From: Nitrospiraceae bacterium
GTDB lineage: Bacteria > Nitrospirota > Nitrospiria > Nitrospirales > Nitrospiraceae
DNA: 64,000 nt
NCBI GenBank assembly: GCA_050246315.1
Contig: JBFWWG010000001.1
Location: forward strand, 480,001 to 544,000
Direction: 5' to 3'
In this document: piece after piece, positions 57,876 to 64,000 of the stretch
How the letters are laid out: every line of letters starts with the position of its first letter
Numbering within the stretch: the stretch's first letter is position 1
Translations under genes and position numbers: made by a program
The notes under the pieces: generated by a model
Told to the model about the DNA's origin: nothing
Databases searched by the model: none
Seen by the model: only the letters and a program-made list of their open reading frames with translations

Positions 57876-58376
57876 ATGTATCCGGATATCACCGTCATCC
57901 AGGGCAGCATCCTGGACGCGAAGAAGGCCGATGTGATCGTCAACGCCGCCAACAGCCACGGTATCATGGGTGGCGGGGTCGCGGGGGTGATCAAACGGGC
58001 GGCTGGCATTGAGGTGGAGCAGGAGGCCAGAAAACAAGCCCCGATTCCGGTCGGCCATGCCGTGCTCACGTCCGGTGGCAAGACTCTCTTCAAGGGGATC
58101 ATTCACGCGCCGACCATGCCGGAGCCGGGCATGCGCATCCCGGCCGAGAACGTGGCGTGCGCGACCAAAGCGGCGCTGGCACTCGCTGACGAGAAGGGCT
58201 TCACTTCGATCGCGATTCCAGGCATGGGTACGGGTGTGGGCGGTGTCGATCCGAGCGATGCGGCCCGGCACATGATCACAACGATCCGGTCGATTACTAC
58301 GCGATCGGTTCAGCAGGTGATTTTGGTCGATATCGATCCCGCGATGGTGGCGGCGTGGCGCAACGAACTCACATAA
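57876..58376 (+). CDS. Macro domain (ADP-ribose-binding) protein
   Basis: IVNAAN, MGGGVAG, IIHAP, PGMGTGVGG. Confidence 0.92.
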   Translation: MYPDITVIQGSILDAKKADVIVNAANSHGIMGGGVAGVIKRAAGIEVEQEARKQAPIPVGHAVLTSGGKTLFKGIIHAPTMPEPGMRIPAENVACATKAALALADEKGFTSIAIPGMGTGVGGVDPSDAARHMITTIRSITTRSVQQVILVDIDPAMVAAWRNELT

Positions 58377-58395
58377 CGGAATAAGAGGCCGGCGC

Positions 58396-59238
58396 ATGAC
58401 ACTTGAAGATGAGTGGTGGGATATCGTCGGCAAAGCCCGAGTCGGTCAGGGGCTGAGCGATGTTCAGCTTGCGCATCAGAGCGATATCTCTTTGGCTGAA
58501 TTGCATGCTCTGAAAAACGGCAAGCCCCAGCAGCACGTGGAGGAGGTCGGGGCGATTGCACGGGCCTTGAAGCTACGCCCGGATCAACTCAGGCAGATCG
58601 CCCTGCAGCAATGGCAGCCGTTGCCTACCCCCCCGATGAGGCAGGTGGAAACCATCCGCGGCGACATCGGTGGCTATGAAGTGAAGGGCTACATCGTGCA
58701 TTCCGGCGGTGAGGCGGTTTTGATCGATACCGGATACAACGCGCCGGCGATGTCGGCGTTTCTGGAACGACGTCGATTAAAACTGATCGGTATTTGTCTG
58801 ACCCATGGCCATGTAGACCATGCGGGCGGGATCGATCAAATCCTGGCGAAGTGGCCGGTGCCGGTCTACCTCGGGACCGGGGATGAGCCGCTGCTGGAAT
58901 GGTCTCCGCCCCGCGAGTTGTTGGTGACGCCGGCCGACGGCCGGACCATCCGCGTCGGCGAGCTGACGATCGAATGTCTGACGACACCGGGCCATACGCC
59001 CGGCGGCATCTGCTACAAACTAACCCATCATGGTCAGCCCATTTGTTTCGTGGGTGACACGCTGTTTGCCGGCTCCATCGGCCGATCCAATCCTGCCACC
59101 CTGTATGACACCCACCTGGAATCGGTGCGTGGGCGCGTGCTAACGTTAGCGACAGAGACGGTGCTGTTTCCCGGACACGGGCCGGCGACGACGGTTCGGG
59201 AGGAGTGTGCGCAGAATCCCTTCGCCGGAGGGGCGTGA
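58396..59238 (+). CDS. MBL-fold metallo-hydrolase with N-terminal HTH
   Basis: THGHVDHAGG, PGHTPG, GDTLF, PGHG; Xre-like N-terminus. Confidence 0.88.
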   Translation: MTLEDEWWDIVGKARVGQGLSDVQLAHQSDISLAELHALKNGKPQQHVEEVGAIARALKLRPDQLRQIALQQWQPLPTPPMRQVETIRGDIGGYEVKGYIVHSGGEAVLIDTGYNAPAMSAFLERRRLKLIGICLTHGHVDHAGGIDQILAKWPVPVYLGTGDEPLLEWSPPRELLVTPADGRTIRVGELTIECLTTPGHTPGGICYKLTHHGQPICFVGDTLFAGSIGRSNPATLYDTHLESVRGRVLTLATETVLFPGHGPATTVREECAQNPFAGGA

Positions 59239-59247
59239 TGCGTCGCC

Positions 59248-60240
59248 ATGGAGCCGGAGTCGGAACCTGAGTTTCGTGGTCATCTCTTGAATGGGTCGCT
59301 GCTCCGTGACTCCGACGGTCGGCAAACGGGCGTGCCTGCCGTAGCGAACGCCGCGATCGAAGAGGAGGAAGCGGAAGAGCAGCCTTCGCGAACGAGATTT
59401 CTGCTGCCCCTCGGGCTCTTTCTCTTGACCGGGTTCACGACCCTTTGGGCCGGCGCCTACCAAACCAATAGCAATCCCTTTCAAGGGCCATGGCAATTTC
59501 TTCGACAGGACCCAAGCGTCTTGTGGAAAGGCGTGCCCTTTGCCGCGACCTTGCTCGGCATCCTTGTGACCCACGAATTCGGGCACTATCTACTTTCCAG
59601 GATTCATCGGGTTCCCGCGACCCTGCCGTTCTTTATTCCCGGTCCGCCGCATTTCATCGGCACCTTCGGCGCCATCATCCGCATGAAGCCGATTCTGAAC
59701 CGTAAAGCCCTCTTCGACATCGGGGTGGCCGGTCCGATCGCCGGGTTTCTCGTCGCGCTGGTGATGTTGGCGATCGGGCTCAAATGGTCGAAGGTGGTGA
59801 CGGCCGATGAGAGTTTCGGCCTGCACCTCGGGGAGCCGCTGCTCCTACAATTCATGTCGTCGCTGATCATCGGCGACATCCCGCCGCGGGCCGATGTGAT
59901 TCTGCACCCGGTTGGATTCGCCGCCTGGTTTGGTCTCTTCGTGACCTCACTCAATTTGATCCCGATCGGGCAACTCGACGGAGGGCATGTCGCCTATGCG
60001 CTGTGGGGGCAGAAACAGCGAGCGATCGCGATGATTGCTGTGCCGATTCTGATCGTGCTGGGGTTCCAGGGCTGGCCCGGTTGGTTCCTGTGGGTCGGGA
60101 TGGCGGGGATGTTGGGGTTGTCCCATCCTCCCGTGCTTGATCCGTCGGATGAACTCGGTGTGACGAGAACCGTCATCGGGTGGTTCGCGCTGGCGATTTT
60201 CATCCTCACCTTTGCGCCGGTTCCATTCTCAGTGCATTGA
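59248..60240 (+). CDS. Site-2 protease (M50)
   Basis: HEFGH, AGP, NLIPIGQLDGGH. Confidence 0.92.
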   Translation: MEPESEPEFRGHLLNGSLLRDSDGRQTGVPAVANAAIEEEEAEEQPSRTRFLLPLGLFLLTGFTTLWAGAYQTNSNPFQGPWQFLRQDPSVLWKGVPFAATLLGILVTHEFGHYLLSRIHRVPATLPFFIPGPPHFIGTFGAIIRMKPILNRKALFDIGVAGPIAGFLVALVMLAIGLKWSKVVTADESFGLHLGEPLLLQFMSSLIIGDIPPRADVILHPVGFAAWFGLFVTSLNLIPIGQLDGGHVAYALWGQKQRAIAMIAVPILIVLGFQGWPGWFLWVGMAGMLGLSHPPVLDPSDELGVTRTVIGWFALAIFILTFAPVPFSVH

Positions 60241-60260
60241 TTGAAGTAGGAGGTCGCATC

Positions 60261-60731
60261 ATGAGGAGGTCCGGACCGAAAGTTGCCGCAGTGATGTCGG
60301 TCGTCCTGCTCGCCGCTGGTCTGTTGAGTGGGACCGAATCCGCCCGGGGCGCCGAGCGCTTCGTGCTGGAGTTCAACGGCGAGGCGGTCCGCGATACGAA
60401 GACCGGACTGATCTGGGAACGAGAACCGGACCGGGAACATGATGTGTGGAGCCGCTCCCTCGCGCGTTGTGGCACGAAATCAGTCGGCGGCCAGAAAGGC
60501 TGGCGGCCTCCGACGATCGAGGAAATCAAGACGCTGGTCGATCTCGATCAAAACGATCCGTCGCTTCCACCCGACCATCCCTTCATCGGCATTCGTTCAG
60601 AGATCTACTGGACTTCCACGCCCCATCCCACCGACGACATCGTCGCTTGGCAACAGAGCTTTCTCACCGGCCAGGCCGTGACCGATCAGAAGTCCGGCAT
60701 GCGGCGGCTCTGGTGTGTGTTGGATCATTGA
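60261..60731 (+). CDS. Secreted DUF1566 (Lcl C-terminal) protein
   Basis: VRDTKTGLIWE, WRPPTIEE, YWTST, WCV. Confidence 0.85.
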   Translation: MRRSGPKVAAVMSVVLLAAGLLSGTESARGAERFVLEFNGEAVRDTKTGLIWEREPDREHDVWSRSLARCGTKSVGGQKGWRPPTIEEIKTLVDLDQNDPSLPPDHPFIGIRSEIYWTSTPHPTDDIVAWQQSFLTGQAVTDQKSGMRRLWCVLDH

Positions 60732-61314
60732 CAGACATCAGTCTGTGGTCATCCTCCGCGAGTCGATTGCCCGCCTCCTCCGAATCAGTCGCGCGCCATG
60801 GAAGCCTGTCACAGGGTGGCAGATCGCGACAGGCTCGATCGCCCTAGCCTGGTTCTTCTTCTTGCTCAAGACTGATGAGGACGGATTCATCTTTCTTGAC
60901 CACGTCAATCTTGTCTTCCATGAAGCGGGGCATGTGATCTTCGGACTGCTCGGTTCGACGTTCGGGCTGTACGGCGGCACCGTGAGTCAGCTTGCCATGC
61001 CGGCGATCGTGTGGACGGCTTTTTGGCGGCAGCGGGACACGGTGGCCTGCGCGATCGCGGGCATCTGGTTCTTTGAGAACTTCTTGAACATTGCCTGGTA
61101 CATGGCCGACGCTCGTCTGCAGGCCCTCCCTCTTGTCGGTGGTGGGGAACATGATTGGGCCGAGATTCTTGCGCGCTGGGACGTGCTCATGTCCGACCAA
61201 CTGATGGCTCAACGATTGGCTCTGCTGGGCTGGATCGGGATGGTTGCGTCTTGGGGCTGGCTCGGATGGTGCTGGTGGTCTCGAAGCAGAACCGACAACT
61301 CTTTTCTTTCCTGA
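60715..61314 (+). CDS. Membrane protein, M50B-like (start uncertain)
   Basis: FHEAGH, GGT, YMADA, HDW. Confidence 0.7.
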   Translation: MCWIIDRHQSVVILRESIARLLRISRAPWKPVTGWQIATGSIALAWFFFLLKTDEDGFIFLDHVNLVFHEAGHVIFGLLGSTFGLYGGTVSQLAMPAIVWTAFWRQRDTVACAIAGIWFFENFLNIAWYMADARLQALPLVGGGEHDWAEILARWDVLMSDQLMAQRLALLGWIGMVASWGWLGWCWWSRSRTDNSFLS

Positions 61315-61740
61315 TCGCGATACTCCATCCGACGACGACCTCTCCTGTTCCATTGCTCGTGCCTCCTGTCCTCTCCGCCCCGTCGCAATCTACGGCGGCT
61401 GGTGTGACACATTCTTATGCCGTTCTTACGCTGACGGTGCCCGGATTCACACCATTCTGACATCGCGATTGGTAGAGTCAGAAGCGAACGGTGTGAGGGA
61501 CCCACAGCGCACTCCACCAACGGGCGTTCCTTCAGTTGGGTACGATGGGGCTGATCGTGTGAAGCCCGGTGTCGAGCTCGAGGTGTGAGGGTGGATGCTG
61601 CGCCTGATCTTGATGATGCAGGGGAGAGTCGTCAGGGTGAAGAGGATTCACGGCGCATCTGAAACAGGTGGCGTACAAGCAGAAATCGTCGTCGCGAGCG
61701 GTGGGATTAGGAGTCCCAAGGGAAACCGACCGCCTCGGTT

Positions 61741-61757
61741 TTTACACCGTTCTTACA
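61741..61757 (+). promoter_or_regulatory. Putative KdpE binding site
   Basis: TTTACA-N5-CTTACA direct repeat upstream of the kdp genes. Confidence 0.6.
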
Positions 61758-61798
61758 GCGAGTCTGATAGGGTGCCTGCTGATGAAAGGAACTGACTC

Positions 61799-61879
61799 AT
61801 GGACGTCGTCATCGTCGCACTGACACTCGGGTTTTTTCTTCTCTGCGGCTGGCTGATTGTCGGGTTGGATCGGCTGTAA
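61799..61879 (+). CDS. 26-aa hydrophobic peptide upstream of kdpF
   Basis: AAAGGA RBS; MDVVIVALTLGFFLLCGWLIVGLDRL*. Confidence 0.65.
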   Translation: MDVVIVALTLGFFLLCGWLIVGLDRL

Positions 61880-61891
61880 GGAGGAATACCC

Positions 61892-61981
61892 ATGAGCGCG
61901 ATGTACGTGCTTGCTGGAGTGGCATCAGTCGGACTGCTGATATTTCTTCTGATCGCGTTGCTCAAGGCGGAGTGGTTCTGA
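61892..61981 (+). CDS. kdpF: K+-transporting ATPase subunit F
   Basis: AAGGAGG RBS; ...LLIALLKAEWF*; TGATG overlap with kdpA. Confidence 0.88.
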   Translation: MSAMYVLAGVASVGLLIFLLIALLKAEWF

Positions 61982-63789
61982 TGACCGCCAATGGCTGGCT
62001 GCAGATCGCAGTCTTCTTCGCAGTGCTGGTGGCCCTGGTCAAGCCGCTCGGCTGGTACATGGCCCGAGTCTATGACGGCCAACCTTGTGGCTTGGACTAT
62101 CTCGTCGGCCCTGTGGAACGGGTCGTGTATCGACTCTGCGGCGTTCGACCGAACGATGAGATGGACTGGAAGCACTATGGGGTAGCCATGCTGCTCTTCA
62201 ATGCCTCCGGGTTCGTGTTTCTCTACAGCTTGCAGCGGCTCCAGATTTTCATGCCCCTCAACCCGGCCGATCTTGGTGGAGTCGCACCCGATCTGGCATT
62301 TAACACGGCCGCGAGCTTTGTGACCAATACGAACTGGCAGGCGTATGGCGGAGAAACCGCCATGAGCTATTGGACTCAAATGCTCGGCATGACCGTGCAG
62401 AATTTCGTCTCAGCCGCCACCGGGATGTCGGTACTCGTTGCCTTGATCCGGGGCTTGGCCCGCAGCACGTCGGCGACAGTGGGAAATTTCTGGAGCGACC
62501 TGGTTCGCAGCACCCTCTATATCCTCTTGCCGTTGGCGCTCGTGCTGGCCACCATCCTGGTCTCGCAAGGAGCCGTTCAGACGTTACGCGCCTACCAGGA
62601 GGTGTCGCTCCTGCAGCCGGTGACCTATGAGCAACCGGTGACAGGTGCGAACGGCCAACCGGTGCTCGACGAGAACGGGAACGGCGGAAAGACCGAAACG
62701 GCCACCGCACGCGAGGCAATCTTGGCGGTCGGGCCGGCCGCCTCGCAAGTCGCCATCAAACATCTGGGAACCAACGGTGGCGGCTTCTTCAATGCCAACG
62801 CGGCTCATCCTTTCGAGAGTCCTTCACCGCTCACCGATTGGCTCCTCATCTTGGCAGAGGCCGTGCTTGCAGCCTCGTTGACCTACACATTCGGGAAAAT
62901 GGTGGGCGATACGAGGCAGGGGTGGGTGATGCTCTCGGCGATGATGATCGTGCTGTTGGTCTTGGTGGCCGGTGCCTATCTGGCAGAATCATCAGGCAAT
63001 CCTCGCCTTGAGGTGCTGGGGATTGATCAACGCGTCGGCCCTCAACAGTCGGGGGGCAACATGGAAGGGAAGGAAGTCCGGTTCGGGATCGCCCGGAGCG
63101 CATTGTTCGCTTCCGTGACGACGGCCACGTCGACAGGTGCCGTCGACTCCATGCACGATTCGTTCACCCCGCTGGGAGGATCGGTTCCGCTGTTCCTGAT
63201 GCAATTCGGCGAGGTCATCCTCGGCGGCGTCGGCTCAGGCCTGTACGGCATGATCGTCTTCGCCATCATCGCCGTGTTCATCGCAGGACTGATGGTCGGG
63301 CGGACACCGGAATATCTGGGCAAGAAGATCGAGCCCTATGAGATGAAGATGGCCGCGCTGCTCATTCTGATCATGCCGTTGACCGTCTTGGGCTTCACCG
63401 CTATTGCCATCAGCACTGAGGCAGGACGATCGTCTATCTTGAATCCCGGCCCTCATGGCTTCAGCGAAATCCTCTATGCCTATACGTCACAGGCCAATAA
63501 CAACGGGAGCGCGTTCGCGGGCCTGAATGCGAACACTCCCTTCTACAACCTCACCGGCGGCTTCGCGATGCTGATATCTCGGTTCTGGTTGGCGATTCCG
63601 ACCCTCGCGCTCGCGGGCGCACTGGCCCGCAAGAAACCGGTGCCGACCGGTCCCGGAACCTTGCCGACCCACACCGCGTTGTTCGTGGTGCTCTTGATCG
63701 GCGTGGTGGTGATGGTCGGGGTCCTCACGTTTCTACCGGCTCTGGCTTTGGGGCCGGTCGTCGAAGCGCTGATGCTGAAGGGACGGTAA
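61981..63789 (+). CDS. kdpA: K+-transporting ATPase subunit A
   Basis: FNTAASFVTNTNWQAYGGE, LGTNGGGFF, MEGKEVRFG, NNGSAF. Confidence 0.98.
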   Translation: MTANGWLQIAVFFAVLVALVKPLGWYMARVYDGQPCGLDYLVGPVERVVYRLCGVRPNDEMDWKHYGVAMLLFNASGFVFLYSLQRLQIFMPLNPADLGGVAPDLAFNTAASFVTNTNWQAYGGETAMSYWTQMLGMTVQNFVSAATGMSVLVALIRGLARSTSATVGNFWSDLVRSTLYILLPLALVLATILVSQGAVQTLRAYQEVSLLQPVTYEQPVTGANGQPVLDENGNGGKTETATAREAILAVGPAASQVAIKHLGTNGGGFFNANAAHPFESPSPLTDWLLILAEAVLAASLTYTFGKMVGDTRQGWVMLSAMMIVLLVLVAGAYLAESSGNPRLEVLGIDQRVGPQQSGGNMEGKEVRFGIARSALFASVTTATSTGAVDSMHDSFTPLGGSVPLFLMQFGEVILGGVGSGLYGMIVFAIIAVFIAGLMVGRTPEYLGKKIEPYEMKMAALLILIMPLTVLGFTAIAISTEAGRSSILNPGPHGFSEILYAYTSQANNNGSAFAGLNANTPFYNLTGGFAMLISRFWLAIPTLALAGALARKKPVPTGPGTLPTHTALFVVLLIGVVVMVGVLTFLPALALGPVVEALMLKGR

Positions 63790-63802
63790 GGAGTCACCGA
63801 CG

Positions 63803-64000
63803 ATGAGTCTGCCGACGACCGCACACAAGTCTCAGTCGCTGTTCGACGCCACCGTGATGCGCCTTGCGTGGCGGGCGGCCGTCATCAAACTCGACCCTCG
63901 CCATCAAGTCAAGAATCCGGTCATGTTCGTGGTGTGGGTCGGAAGCGTCTTGACGACGCTGCTGCTGCTCCAGGCGATGACCGGAGCAGGAGAAGCGCCG
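63803..64000 (+). CDS. kdpB: K+-transporting ATPase subunit B, N-terminal part
   Basis: KLDPRHQVKNPVMFVV. Confidence 0.92.
   Translation, partial: MSLPTTAHKSQSLFDATVMRLAWRAAVIKLDPRHQVKNPVMFVVWVGSVLTTLLLLQAMTGAGEAP

Noticed and set aside
60261..60731. Diversity-generating retroelement target (DUF1566)
   Set aside because: No reverse transcriptase and no template repeat found in the window.
1..64000. tRNA or rRNA genes
   Set aside because: No cloverleaf or rRNA-like sequence recognised by eye; tRNAscan-SE and Infernal were not run.

Overview
GC-rich bacterial chromosome segment; the gene set and intergenic repeats suggest Nitrospira/Nitrospirota (inference). The housekeeping backbone (engB, surA/PPIase, mfd, rfaE2, gmhA, SPFH/NfeD, ybgC, hemL, pyk, M16 peptidase pair, kdpFAB) surrounds a ~15.5 kb integron at about 21.0-36.4 kb. 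The integron is unusual. Its integrase (35185-36420, minus strand) carries an extra ~95-aa N-terminal HARP-like domain and is transcribed in the same direction as, and upstream of, its array of 10 cassette genes. A TTGACA-17-GAGAAT promoter lies between intI and the array, and an IS3-family element with a TGAG duplication has inserted 11 bp from the first crossover. Several cassette boundaries can be confirmed by matching each R'' box to the cassette's own start. Decayed RAYT-like (IS200/Y1 HUH) elements bounded by GGGGTC-type inverted repeats occur only at damaged points of the array. One insertion splits a 60-bp aadA/aadB-type attC with a 9-bp duplication, one truncates the last attC, and one truncates a cassette gene. 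The window also holds an orphan CARF-HEPN-like protein with an altered catalytic motif, a MITE family with exchangeable interiors, a decayed toxin-antitoxin cluster, a wzt-led polysaccharide cluster with no adjacent wzm, a barnase/barstar-like pair and several small ORFs missing from the ORF track.
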